From Heteronotia binoei (taxonomy: Eukaryota): a stretch of 64,000 nt of DNA. The translations under genes were made by a program, and so were the position numbers. Below the pieces are notes generated by a model, which saw nothing but the letters and a program-made list of their open reading frames with translations, searched no databases and had not been told where the DNA came from. The DNA lies in contig NC_083229.1 of assembly GCF_032191835.1 (NCBI RefSeq), positions 107,074,001-107,138,000 on the forward strand, given 5' to 3'. Below are positions 1-12,290 of the stretch, piece after piece (the stretch's first letter is position 1; the number at the start of each line of letters is the position of its first letter).

Positions 1-2
1 TG

Positions 3-2447
3 CGAGGGAAGGACACTCCCAAGGCTGCCTGGGACGCGTTGAGTGCGGTGCATGTTAGCACCACTGCTGGTTCCCTCATGGCCTTGACAAGGAGGATGTT
101 CCGCACCGTTATGCCGGCTGGAGGGTGTGTGAAAGATCACATCAAACGGCTAACGGACTGTTTCGTTGAGCTGGAGGCAAGAGGCAAGACTGTAGCTCCA
201 GACGACAGAGTGTACATTTTGCTGTCGTCGTTGCCACCTGAGTACACTCCCCTGATAACTTCTCTGGAGACGGTGGACGTAGCGACCCTGACCATGGAAT
301 ACGTCTGTGCCCACCTGCTTGACTTCCAAGAGAGAATTGCGGCCGTGAGCTGTCCGGGGGTGTCGGCCAGGCAGCGTGCTGTTATCGGTGTGTCCGGGAA
401 GACAGCCAAGAATGAGCCAGCTTTTGCTGCTGGCAGGCGTCCGAAGGTGGAGGAAGTGGAGCCGACTGCGTTTGCAGTCCGTCGCTGCTATGGATGCGGG
501 TCGTCGCAGCACCTGCTCCGAGCTTGCCCTGAGAGGGAGAAGAGGCGGGGGCGTGTGCGGCGAGAGCGGAGGACCGCCAGCCCGTGTGAGGAAGCAACCC
601 GGCTGGTCACGTCTGCAGTAGAGAGCACAGGGTCTGCTTGGATTTTAGACTCCGGGGCAACGAGCCATCTCTGCTGCGAGAAGGAGTTGTTGAAAAACAT
701 TGACAGTCCTGAGCATAAGTATGTGAGATTGGCTGATGGGACCACTGCCAATTCTGTTTGCTCAGGCAATGTGGAATTTCCTGCACTGAAATGTATGTTG
801 CAAAATGTGTTGTATGTACCCTCACTGCAGTCTAACCTGTTGAGTGTTAGCACACTGGTTGACCAGGGATACCAGGTGAGATTTGAGAAAACCTGCTGCA
901 AAATCCTGGGAGGTGGGGGAAAGTTGCTTGTGACAGGAAAGAGGGAAGGTAAACTGTATGTGGTCCAGAGTGATTGTGCCCAGGTGGCTCAGGTGTCGAA
1001 TGAGCCTGTGCACAATAATTGTATACATTTGCTCCATAGGAGACTCGGGCACTGCGGATTTAGGGCGTTAAAGAAAACCCTGGAGCTTGTGCCTAGTTTG
1101 AAAGTAAATCCTTGCAAATGTTACTTGGATTGCCAGGTCTGCAAGAAGACCAAAAGCAAGGCGTGTGCTGTTGCTAAGGAAAGCTCAAGGGAAAGCACAC
1201 GAGCCCTGGAACTAGTCCATTTAGACGTTATTGGCCCATTGCCAAAGAGTCTGTCGGGGAGGAGATACTGCTTGGTGGCCACCGACGACCACACGAGGTA
1301 CGCGTGGGTTTTCACCATGGTGCATAAGTCTGAGGTGTATAAGACATTCACCAAGTGGGTCAAAGCAGTGGAGAGACAATTAGGGGTTAATCTCCTGGCT
1401 GTACAAACCGACAGAGGGGGGGAATTCTTATCTAACCAGATGAAACGTTGGCTGGAGAACAAGGGCATCGCCCACCGTCTGACGAACCCGGCAACGCCCC
1501 GAGAAAATGGGCATGGGGCTGTATTGCAGAATGTGATGTATTGCATGTTAGAGGATGCACAACTGCCAATGTCCTATTGGGCAGAAACCATACATGCAGC
1601 TGTTTTTTTGCAAAATAGGGTTTGGTGTAATACTGTGAAAAATGTGCCTTACAGGTTACTGTTGAACAAGACCCCAGATTTGAGTTCTTTAAAAGTCTTT
1701 GGGTCACGGGCTCGGGTTGGCATCCACTCCACGAGTAGCGGGGAGGGGGATGTCCGGGCAGAGAGCCTAATTTTTCTGGGCTACAAGCCAAGGGCCAGGT
1801 GTTATCGCTTCTGCAATAGCAAAAGCAAGATAACACTTAATAAGAGTGCCCAGTTCAATGAAGAAAGCAGCTGGCCAAGGTTGCACTCCTTGCAGAAACA
1901 ATTTGTCCTGCTGCCAAGTAGCGATAACGATGTTGGAGCGCAGCCCAGAACTCCAGCCCAGGAGGTGGCACCCAGTGGGGCTGGAGAAGGTGAGCCGAAT
2001 GCTGGCACAGAGCCCGACGAGCAGAGTCAGGAGGCAGAGCCTCAAATGCAGGAACTGGAGGTAAAGTGTGAGAGTCAGGAGGTTCAACACCCAATTACAG
2101 GGGCAGAGCAACCAGCCCAGGAGGTGGGAACAGAGCAACCCGAAGAAGACAAAGCTGGTCCAAGCACAGGGCCACGGGTGTCTGCCAGGTCCACCAAAGG
2201 CCAACGTCCCGCTAGGTACAAGTGTCCCTATGTCACTCTGACTGTCAATCCAGACCCACCCGGATTAGAGGAAATGTTAAAAGAAAAGGCTAAGAAATGG
2301 AAAGCCTGGGTGGCAGAGTGCGAGGCAAGGGAGAAGGAGGCTGAAGCCAAGCGTCTGAAAGAGCTGGCTGAACAGGAACACGATGATGTGTTTTACAATC
2401 ATGATGAGTTCCTGAACGAATTCCGGAAAGGGTTCCGAGCTACGTAA
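3..2447 (+). CDS. Copia Gag-protease-integrase polyprotein (open from the window edge; no RT/RH)
   Basis: Frame open from position 3 (RGKDTPKAAWDAL). Motifs: CCHC knuckle CYGCGSSQHLLRAC, protease WILDSGATSHL, HHCC LLHRRLGH...CQVC, integrase VHLDVIGP and QTDRGGEF. Stop at 2447. Confidence 0.92.
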   Translation, partial: RGKDTPKAAWDALSAVHVSTTAGSLMALTRRMFRTVMPAGGCVKDHIKRLTDCFVELEARGKTVAPDDRVYILLSSLPPEYTPLITSLETVDVATLTMEYVCAHLLDFQERIAAVSCPGVSARQRAVIGVSGKTAKNEPAFAAGRRPKVEEVEPTAFAVRRCYGCGSSQHLLRACPEREKRRGRVRRERRTASPCEEATRLVTSAVESTGSAWILDSGATSHLCCEKELLKNIDSPEHKYVRLADGTTANSVCSGNVEFPALKCMLQNVLYVPSLQSNLLSVSTLVDQGYQVRFEKTCCKILGGGGKLLVTGKREGKLYVVQSDCAQVAQVSNEPVHNNCIHLLHRRLGHCGFRALKKTLELVPSLKVNPCKCYLDCQVCKKTKSKACAVAKESSRESTRALELVHLDVIGPLPKSLSGRRYCLVATDDHTRYAWVFTMVHKSEVYKTFTKWVKAVERQLGVNLLAVQTDRGGEFLSNQMKRWLENKGIAHRLTNPATPRENGHGAVLQNVMYCMLEDAQLPMSYWAETIHAAVFLQNRVWCNTVKNVPYRLLLNKTPDLSSLKVFGSRARVGIHSTSSGEGDVRAESLIFLGYKPRARCYRFCNSKSKITLNKSAQFNEESSWPRLHSLQKQFVLLPSSDNDVGAQPRTPAQEVAPSGAGEGEPNAGTEPDEQSQEAEPQMQELEVKCESQEVQHPITGAEQPAQEVGTEQPEEDKAGPSTGPRVSARSTKGQRPARYKCPYVTLTVNPDPPGLEEMLKEKAKKWKAWVAECEAREKEAEAKRLKELAEQEHDDVFYNHDEFLNEFRKGFRAT

Positions 2448-2532
2448 ATATGAACTGTAATGTTGCTGGTGGACATGTATGTAAACTGTGTAAAGTGTTT
2501 TGGTGCACTGGGTTTAAATAGATTAGGAGGTG

Positions 2533-2930
2533 TGTTGGAGCAAGAATCTACATAAACCCAGTCTGACAGCTACAGTATGACAGCTGGTGATCTAGCTGCC
2601 AGGCTAGGTCACAGTGACCTGATCAGCAGACCGGCTTGAGCCGGCAGAAGCCAAGTGATGCAATCTGCTGAGTCAGCATGGCCAGGATTGGCTGCTTGGA
2701 CTATATATGATCTGTGTGTGCATCACACAGGTCTCTCCCTGTGAGATGGTGGTTAGGCGAAGCACTTTGTCCGTGGAGGTGATATTGTATAGACTGCACA
2801 AGAGAGCACTTGTTGTGTATATATGTTAATACACCTTTTGGCACTAGTTGCACGTGTAAGCCTGATTTTCTTTCCTGAAGCCCTGTGTCGGGCAAGTCAT
2901 CTCCCTCACTCTGCTACTCCCGCTCCGACA
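2533..2930 (+). repeat. 3' LTR of the copia element (398 bp)
   Basis: TG...CA termini with 8-bp imperfect inverted repeat (TGTTGGAG / CTCCGACA), just after the PPT. Confidence 0.88.
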
Positions 2931-3013
2931 GAAATTCCAATATCAATGAACATTTGTCAAATTACACTGCATATGTAATGCCAAGGGTAGCTTTAGCATT
3001 TTTCAGTAGACAG

Positions 3014-3206
3014 CAATGCTCCCACTAAGTTGTGAAGCCTTGTGAGCAAAAATTCTACTTTGTCCGCTATTGGCATTAAAGTTGTGAGCTGTTGCATAAA
3101 GTTTGCTCTGGAGCCATTTTTACTGAGCTAAGACAAAAAAAAGGGTGATCTGAAGGCTAAAAAACTGTGAGCTAGCTCACACTAACTCAGCTTAGAGGGA
3201 ACACTA
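3014..3206. mobile_element. hAT-type MITE (CAGTGTTCCCTCTAAG-like TIRs)
   Basis: Ends CAATGCTCCCACTAAG...CTTAGAGGGAACACTA; TSD GTAGACAG/GTAGAGTG; homologous to 58535-59059. Confidence 0.7.
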
Positions 3207-4423
3207 GTAGAGTGTCAATACTTCTATATAGAATGAAGACTTGGAAGGAACAAACCTTCCCCCAACAAGAAACTCAATACATTGTTTTCTCCAAAGTTAA
3301 GACGAGCAGACACAATTAAAATATCCTACTTGTACTAGCTGTCTTCAAGTGAGGAACATGAAGTAGTAAATAAACCAGGGGCACCATCCACCTGAACTAT
3401 GTCACACCCACACACCTCACTGAAAACATACTTCTCTTCCTTTGCCATCATACCTCAAATGCCTTCTGTCAGGTTCATAAAGCTTTTCTCCATTAACTGG
3501 TTTCTATGGCTGCTTTATTGTTATCTTTCCCCCCTTTTGCATGTTTCATACTAAAGCTGCCACCAAAATTTTTTGATAAATGGTCTACAGCAACTATGTA
3601 TTAGATGTGTGCTTTGGGTTTACTCAAACAAAAATACCCCTCCCCCAAAAAAATATCTTACCAGTAGTTTTTTGGGGGGAGGGAATTTAAGCTGAAAAGA
3701 AATTAGATATTATTTGGATGTTATTCAGGAGTAGTTTGAACTGCTCCTCTTTAAATGCCTTCTGAGTTCACTCACTGTGTAGTGTCACTGGAGGAAAAGG
3801 CATTTAAAGAGGGTCTCTTCTCCAAGCTGTGCCACTACCAGAGTGGTGTGACTCAGTGAGTGAACACAGAAGGCATTTAAAGAGTCTGTGGTCTCCTTAA
3901 ATGCCAATTCCTTCTCTACTGAAAGTAATGGAGGATGGGGACACCTTCATTGGGGTCCCATAAAACTGGACCCCAGTCTAATGTGTTTTTAAAAAAACTG
4001 CTGTCTTTATGAGAGACAACAGTGGCAATGCTGCAAATTTAGTGCCTGTACCTCCCCCCAGAGCCCCAAATCAATTCTCCATTACATCCTATGGGGACCA
4101 ATGTTCCCTATAGGGTATAATGGAGCACCCCCCCCCCCAATCACATTTCCTGGATATTTCCCAAATGGGGATTCAGGAATATTAGGAAATATCAATACTT
4201 TTCAGATTCAATATACTCAAACCCGAAAAATATTGGGAAGGGGGGGTGCAACATATCCCTACTCTGTATGTTAAAACAAAAAACAAACCCTAGCAATAAC
4301 CAATACAGTTCTACCACTTATTTACACAGTAATTGTGATGGCAGAGAAAGAACTAGGAGCCCACTGGGAATAAGGAACAGTTTTATACAACACGAGCAAA
4401 AAGAACTGTGGAGTAAATTTTAC

Positions 4424-4525
4424 CTCATTTTCTGCTCGAAGTGCAGAAAATTCACTCTTCTCCAAAATGATCATATCCTTTTTCAAAACACCAATGTGAG
4501 ACATTATCTGCTGAAGAGCTATTTC
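4424..4525 (-). CDS. MCUR1: MCUR1 coding exon 4 ([34 protein letters not shown])
   Basis: 102 bp, AG/GT flanks, phase 0-0; matches the MCUR1/CCDC90 motif [20 protein letters not shown]. Confidence 0.93.
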
Positions 4526-4552
4526 CTTTCAAAGAAAAAAAATACTTTAGAC

Positions 4553-4857
4553 TGAGGTGGCCAAACTTGCTAAATGTAACAGCCGCATAGAATAAACATC
4601 AGAAGTTTGAGAGCTGCAAGACAAAAGCATCAGATGAGGGAGGGAGGGAAAGAAGGAAGGAAAGAAGGGGTAGAAAGAAATCAACTTTAATTTTAAATGC
4701 ATTATCCAAGCTGCTACCTGGCTTGGCTTGGAGAAGTGATTTAAAGAGACAAATGCCTTCTTCGAGCCAACTAAGGGGGCGGTGGGGGCTTTGAGAGCCA
4801 CACAGCACATGTGAAAGAGCTACATATGGCTCCTGAGCCGCAGTTTGGCCACCCCTG
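4553..4857. mobile_element. hAT MITE (CAGGGGTGGCCAAAC TIR family)
   Basis: TIRs GTGGCCAAACT / AGTTTGGCCACCCCTG; TSD CTTTAGAC/CTTTAGAT; homologues at 18267 and 36739. Confidence 0.8.
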
Positions 4858-6509
4858 CTTTAGATTAACACCACCAAAACCATTGCATATTTTTCTTCAT
4901 TCTTACACACTCAAGACTTTAACTGTAACTAGTATTAAGACATTCTAAACTGGCTTAGAGCTCAATCTAGTTGAACACAGGTTAGTGCCTGTGGACAGAA
5001 GAATCCCACTGGGCTCAACAGATTTCTGTTTTCCCTCTGTCTTGACAACAAATACAGCACAGTTACCAGTAACATGTACAACACAGAGAGAAGGTTGGAT
5101 GGGGGTATAGGATGTGCTCATGGATCTCCCACTGCCTGCAGTGGCTCCTCCTGCCATCATACATATATGTAGTTGTATGAGGGGAATAAAGGAGAATGGC
5201 TAGACTGAGCCCAGGGAGACTCCTTCTGTGGAATGTCTGCTTTATGAAAATGATTTAGCAAAGCACGGGATCTACATTCAAAACAAAGAAACCATATGCT
5301 AGTATTGTTGACTATGCTAGTTATACATATGACTAAAAAAATCTACATGGGAAATACTAACATGCACGTTACCCAAACAATGCTTACTAGTAGTTAATAG
5401 CAGGCATGGTGGATTAGAGAGCAAGTTAGAGTCAAGTCTGTACTGAGTGTACAGCTTTCTTGCTAGATTTTGATTCAACTAGCTTAACTCTGCATTCTGT
5501 ACATTAACAGGACTAAGTAGAGAATTATTTGATGAACCACCATTAGTACAGCCACAATGCAGCATTCCATGAAACTATGACCAACATATGGAAGACAACG
5601 TAAACCATTCCCCTACAATGTAATGTCTAGATTAGCAACTCTGAATAAGCAGTAGTTAACCCCAGTATCTGATAAAAATTCTCATGGCAAAAGGTGGAGG
5701 GGGGGCAGGGGGGCATGGACCAAACTGGCTGTGTTTTCCCTAACACACTAGGCCACAAAAAAAAACCCATACAGTGACAAGAACTGATGTTTCCCCTGAG
5801 TCATCCCATATCAATTATTATTAGGTCAGTCATAGGAATCTTTAGCCCATTTATGAACCACAGCTAAAGATAAAGTAATTACATTTCTCAAGTACTTTTG
5901 AGCACTCTATAAGGCCATTAATCACAATAATGCCATTCATGCCTACTATGTCCACTTGTAACAACACGAAAAAGAAAAAATAATTTGTTGACACCTAAGA
6001 AATATCAATGGCTCACTGAGGCTGCAAATTAAGTATGCATACTTGAGAGAATGTTTCAACAGCATCAATAGAAATAGCTTGCAGATTACTGCATTTAATT
6101 ATGATCATGGTGTAACCATAAACACATTTTGATGGAAGCACATTCTACTAACATCAGTAAGACTTATACAAGTTTCTAACTAAGGTTTAATAAATCCTTG
6201 CTTCAAACACTCAGCTTTAGGATAATTTAAGAGCTCATCATTTCCATTCTTACAATGAATACAGTTACAGCTAATGTATTGAAAAACACAGATCTAGATG
6301 CTTAAAAGTGTTGAAATGCTTTTTTTGTATGTGTGGGAATCAAATCTAAATTAACCAATATCAGAAAACTATTGGAGATCAGAAAACAGCACTTAAAGAA
6401 AAATGGTTATCAACTCTTTGACATTAGCAATACAGGTTTTCGCATCCATTTTCCAAAACACATTAATTATATACTTGGCTAAAATTAAACATTATGTTTT
6501 ATATATAAC

Positions 6510-6613
6510 CTGCTGTACTTTGGTGACCATGTCCTTGTACATCACAGCCATATTGCCATTCATGGTGTTAATTAATGCAGATACAATAATCTCGGATTGC
6601 AGAGTGGTGAAAC
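6510..6613 (-). CDS. MCUR1: MCUR1 coding exon 3 (GFTTLQSEIIVSALINTMNGNMAVMYKDMVTKVQQ)
   Basis: 104 bp, canonical splice sites, phase 1-0, frame-compatible with both neighbours. Confidence 0.92.
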
Positions 6614-7636
6614 CTAGAATGATATACAAAATTGCCAAATGTTGAAACCTCCATTCTTGAACAAAGATTGACCACGTGCAACTGATACATAACTTGCCCA
6701 TACAAAAAGCTGGAAATGGATGACACGTAATATTCACAAAAACAAAGGCTGCCTTAGCAAGGCTTGGCATAACTGCTTGCAGAAAAGTTTTATCTTTCCC
6801 ATTTCACTTACATTACATATAAAGAGCAACCTAAATCCTGAGGTGGGGACCCAACTTTCCTGGATCTCATGAGGATCTACTTTGCTGCCAAGTCCACATA
6901 TCTAAATAAATGTAGTTCCTAACACAAAGCCTTATAGTTTCTGTTTTTAAGTTGGATCATAATGAACTACAACAAGTTCACTACAATAGAGATGGTCAGA
7001 AAATTAAAACCAGATCCTTATAAAAGCAGCATTCTTTGAGATTTGTCCAATCTGAGTTATGGCACATTCATAAATGTAACAGAAAGAACAGCAATTGTAG
7101 CTATAAAAAATTAGTAATAATTTTTAATTATTGTGCACAGGGTGTATATAAAAAGGACGCTATCCCTTGTACTAGACAATGGAGGTGACTAGAACAAACC
7201 CATTCTTGCTATTTGTATTGTCATCAACCTCCATGCAGTAGAGTTTAAAACGTCAGGAAGTTTACAACTTAAACAATGCCACAGGTGACAAAGCAAAGAG
7301 AGGCAGAAATGAACATGCTTCCATTCTAATTTGTTTTGTTTCAATAGAGAATGGGGGTTTGCGGGAGTGTTCATGGGATAAATGGATTCTGAGATGGACT
7401 TGAAGAAGCATCTCTCTCAGTATCTAATAATGCACAACTCAAGTGCCTTGTAGCAATTTCTTCTGTTCCCTGAAATAGAACTCGCCCATGCCAGAGCATG
7501 TTCTGCAATTGCTGAAATATTCTGGAATGGGCTTTAACTAGACAAATAGACTGCCAACTTGCTATCTATTTTTAGGAGGGTCTGCAAAATGGCTTGATTC
7601 ATGAGAACCCCTAAAATTCAGTATTGGTCAGACCGC

Positions 7637-8176
7637 TGTGGCTGTTTATTCTCTTTGCTGTCTATTCTCTTTTTTGGGGGGGTTATTTTTATCTTTCTGT
7701 GTGGTTTTCACATGGGAACAGGCTTGTGTGGTTTCCCCTTTGCTGGTTCAGCTGCAGATGAAGCTCAGTATGATCTGTCTCCCTGCAGTTTCTCCACCCC
7801 AGAAGCCATCTGGGTCCAAGGCCAGAGAACAAAGTGCCCTGACAAGGAACCTCAAGAACTGCAGCAACACAAAAAGCCTGAAGAGCAACAGTACTACTAC
7901 CACAGAGGACTCTTCAAGCTGCAGCAGACTTGCTGAAGGCCTCAGAGACATAGTAAAAGACTTTAATCACCTTTACTGTTACAACTGTAAGTTGTGTTGT
8001 CTAAGTCTGAATTTTGTATGTGTGCATCATGTTTTGATTCCTCATCCCTCTTTGTTTAATTACTTCTATTTTAAATTCTTCTTCTGTTATCACTATAAGT
8101 GGGAGCTGTGGGTTTTTTTGTTGCCTACCGGACATTCCCCCTGATGAGAAGGGGAGACCAGTGGGCTGGAGCCACA
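7637..8176. mobile_element. Solo LTR (540 bp), family unassigned
   Basis: Perfect 7-bp inverted termini TGTGGCT...AGCCACA; 5-bp TSD ACCGC/ACTGC differing by one CpG transition. Confidence 0.7.
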
Positions 8177-10084
8177 ACTGCTTTCTTTTTGTCACGCCCA
8201 CCCACTTCATTAACAAATTCAGAGCCAGTAATTTCTTCCCTCAAACATGACTTAACCAGATTAATAAACATTATGAAGAATGGATTAATTTTTTGGGGGG
8301 GGGGGGGGAGGGACAAATTAGACTAAATGATGAATAACATACTACTGTGGTTTCAATATTTGCAATTGGCCCATATGGTAAACCAGCCCAACATGAAATT
8401 AGGATTATCAAGATTTTGAAGTATTTTAACAATTCATATGAACCTTATAAACACCTTGTTTCTAAGTTATACAATATTATTTTCATCTCAAACCTTATCT
8501 CACAGTAACTACTGTCACAAGGATGTAGGAAGTACATTTACCATTTTGCAATGGAAATCCATATGGGCTTCAATGCTCTTCCAATCCAGGAGGATAACCA
8601 TCAGGATGAAATTTTTTTAAACTCTTATCTAGGTGATATCTCACTCCACAGAAGCTACACTATATGACAACACTCTCGTCAGCTTGTTGGAGAGGTTGTA
8701 GGAATACATGGGAATATAGGATCGTATCGGCATTGCTGGTGGAGCTGCAGATTTTTATACAGTCATTTTGGTCTATAGTCATATAACAAATACATATTAT
8801 AATGGCATTCAGAATTCCACTGATATATTGCTTTTAAACTCATGGTATAATTACCATACCGGCCAATCAATAAAGAACTGACTGAGATTGTATGTGCTGC
8901 AGCTAGGTTTATAATAACCAAATCTTGGGAAAGCAATATGCAATTGAGAGAATCTGAATAGTTAAACAAAGTATGTGAAATTTTGCATAATGGATAAAAA
9001 TTACTGACTATATTCTTTTAAGAGATTCAGTTTTATATACCTCAAGCTTTATTCCAATATGGTATCCCTTCCTAAATAATTTATCAACTAGAGAAAAATA
9101 TGCCTCACTATTAGACGTTATTATACTAAAGTAAAGTTGGATATAAGTAGTTTCTCATGGATTGTATTAAGTATTGTAGTACGTATTATGTACCAGAATG
9201 TAAATAATTACTTTAGTGTTGTTTATGATTTGTGATTGTCTGAAAATAAATTTTAAAAACCGGGTTGGTGGAAGAAACTGGGGTTACACAAGGATTTAAA
9301 ATTTCTCAATAGCTGTTTTCAAAAAGGAAAAAAAATTAGAAGTAGAAGGGAAAATTTGGGTAACTGAGGGAAAATATGATATAAATAAAAATTTTGGTAA
9401 TAAGAAAAATTATGGTAAATAAATATAAACATTGGAGGAAAACATAGGTATATGTTTTGGCAAAAAAATGTAGGCAAACCTTAAAAAGACACATTGTCTT
9501 TCATTCAGAATTGCAGTAATAACACAAATGAAAAAATAAAAGTATTAAAAGGAAGCAAACTAAAATTATCATCTTTATTCTAAGTTTAAAGCCATTACTA
9601 TTCTTAACCTTTTCAGTCTCCCAGAATCTTTTATTTCACCCAAGGTATTGACCCTTGGTAAAATACCTTCAGTTTTATACGACCATAATGTATTAATGCA
9701 GTTCTTCCCTTTAGCAAAATTTTGACAACTACAAATTACATTACAAGATTCATAAATGCCACCTTATTGCAATTATAACATAGTTCTTTACTATGTCTTT
9801 AGTTTTAAACCTACAAAAGTATCAAAACCTAACAACATTTCTTCCCTTTTAACAGCATCATTTATCTTCAGTACTGTATTGTTATTATATTACTTTGTGG
9901 GTTATGCAAATCACTATTCCGGGTATGAGTTTATGGAACCAAAAGGGCAGTCGCCCCAAAAAGTTTGGGAACCACTATTCTAATATAATTTTTTTTAAAT
10001 AAAGAAGCCCCCTGGTGGCAGGAGGAGAAATAGATACTGTGGAAACGGGATCTGGGAAACAGCTAGATTTGATTCCAGTAACAT

Positions 10085-10225
10085 TATTGAGATCAACAAG
10101 ATTTTGTAAACAGAAGGTTTTGAGAGTCAAAGCATCTCTGACGAGGAGAGCTTTGACTTTTGAAAGCTTATCCCACCAAATCTTGTTGGTTACTAAGGTG
10201 CTACTGGACTCAAATCTAGCTGAAG
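10085..10225. mobile_element. Penelope terminal remnant (inverted pair) with degenerate hammerhead core
   Basis: CTGACGA...GAAAGCTTA and the family signature TTGTTGGT..AAGGTGCTACTGGACTC, with an inverted partial copy upstream. Confidence 0.65.
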
Positions 10226-10658
10226 CCCAATGCTTCCTCCGCAAGGATTTGAGGAAATGGCTATCATGTGGGCAGGAAAATCCAAATTCCCCACAGCAGC
10301 CATCCAGCCCTTACTGCATTACCCTAAAAAACTTGAAAACAAAGCAGGTTTGAGAAAGACTGGAGAAATGGTAGCAAAACCCCAGGTGGTGCATAAATAC
10401 ATCACAATGCTGCAGGGAAATAAGGGGAAAATATTTCCCACAAGGCAGATAATCTCTGTGAAAGTCCATCCTGACAAGACTGTATATTGTATGCTACTGT
10501 AAGACTCATCTGAGAAAGGTAGCCTATAAACACTTAAGCAAGGAAAAAGAGAGAGGATAGCAACAAGCAGATGTTCTGGGAGACAGTTGTAGATACAAGA
10601 GGAACCATGGGAATAATACAGGGTACACAAACATGCACATATACAGCAGAGAAGTTAC

Positions 10659-10778
10659 CATTTTCCTCCATAAGGCACACAAGGGCATGGGTGTCAAAAT
10701 AAAGCTTCTTGCTTCCTGACAGGGGGAAACTTGCCTTACTGGCTTCTACGTGTAGGGGTGATACACAGATGCTGATAT
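10659..10778 (-). CDS. MCUR1: MCUR1 coding exon 2 (DISICVSPLHVEASKASFPLSGSKKLYFDTHALVCLMEEN)
   Basis: 120 bp, phase 1-1; LYFDTHALVCL motif typical of MCUR1. Confidence 0.92.
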
Positions 10779-11599
10779 CTAAAAGGGGGGAAATTAGAAT
10801 CAATTTAATACACAGCCATATACACACACAGAGTCATATTTAAAATCCAAATCCTTCCAAACTTTACAATCCACAGTCATAGGACAAGTCTGTCTACACT
10901 ACCATTTATCTTCCTTTGCCTCTAAACATGGGAGGGAAAAAACCCAGTGAGATCTAGTTTTAAACAGCACAGCTGTATTCCTTGCAACATATCCATCCTT
11001 TCCATCATGAATAAATCAATTCCTTAGTATCACAAGTGATACATTTTTAAATATGAGATTTTTACAGTCCTCATCCCATCCATCTTAAAAGTGGGTTACA
11101 ACAATACAGAAAATATAAGATATAAAATATTTTTGTCTAAAACAATCAGATGAAATGCACACCCAGTTGGCTATTCAATTGAAAATTATAACACAATGGA
11201 AATATTGTAGCCAAGCTAAGCACTTTTAAGTTCTTTAGAGTTCTGTGAAAGAGAGATAAACACACACCACTGTTGTGTAGTGTTCAAGGGGCAGGATTAA
11301 GATAAGAGCGACCCACATTCTAGTCCTTACTCATCTATAAAACTCACTGTGTGAGTTGTAAAGTTTGGAAGGATTACAAAGTTTGGATTGGATTGTAAAG
11401 TTTGGAAAGATTCTTTCTCAGTCTAAGCTACCTTACAGCAGTTTTGTGAGGATAATATAGAGAAGGGGAGAATTAAATACACAACACTGAGCTCTTTGGA
11501 GGAATGGTGATATAAAATGAACAAAAAAGTAATTCTAGATGTGTCATCATGTCAATTCCTAAGTACTACGGTATTTATTTTGCTGCTACAACCTAACAA

Positions 11600-12290
11600 A
11601 TTTGATTTCAGCATAAATTTGATAGCCCATAAGATGCCATTGGACTCCCCCTATATTTGAAAAACTAAACAGAAACTTCAAAAAGTGCTCTAATCAGCAG
11701 AACTCTATTTTCTTCTCCTTAAAAACAGTTCCCAAAAATTCTGGAAGGAGGCACTATCCCAAATTAAACTGATATCTGGGCATGACATTCCACTTAGACC
11801 TGAAATCGTATTGCTGAACTATTGGCCTCAAGGAACATATCCTCCAAGCAACAAAGACTTAATAGATACGATGATTGTAGCTGCCAGAACATTAATTCCC
11901 ACAAAATGGAACAACCAAGCAGCACCTAGCCTATATCTATGGTATTGCAAACTGTGGGATCAATATATAATGGAGAATATTTCAGATATAATCCACAGAG
12001 TAATACAATTTCCTAAACAAACTACCTTTATTGAAAAATGGTGCCCCTTACTTGACTACTTGGTAAACAAAAACTTTATATCACTTGGTTGGGCACAACA
12101 ACAGAGATGGCTATAAAAACTGCTCTTCTAGGACATGAAATGTTATCACTCTTTGTTACAAATACATGTTGTTGGTGTGATACTTTATACCTCTGTAACT
12201 CTACATAAGCTAATTTACTAAGTATTGACTGTTGTCTGCGTAATTCTAATCTCAACTTTAATATAGTTAATTTTTATTATATAAAAAGTC
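11600..12290 (+). mobile_element. L1/Tx1-like LINE 3' fragment
   Basis: ORF 11811-12116 resembles the non-mammalian L1 ORF2 C-terminus (AARTLIPTKW...W..KLW..YIME...F.EKW.PLLDY); AT-rich tail. Confidence 0.55.

Larger units (their letters stand above)
1..2930 (+). mobile_element. Ty1/copia LTR retrotransposon (3' part; 5' end outside window), lacking RT/RNaseH, antisense within MCUR1 intron 4
   Basis: Gag-PR-IN ORF in copia domain order, then purine-rich tract AGATTAGGAGG (2520-2530) and an LTR bounded by TGTTGGAG...CTCCGACA. Confidence 0.93.

Noticed and set aside
137-2204. Many minus-strand ORFs over the copia element
   Set aside because: Antisense shadows of a long GC-rich coding frame; no independent motifs.
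7601-8144. 111-aa and 168-aa ORFs as a novel gene or retrocopy
   Set aside because: No recognisable domain; almost entirely inside a TSD-flanked solo LTR.
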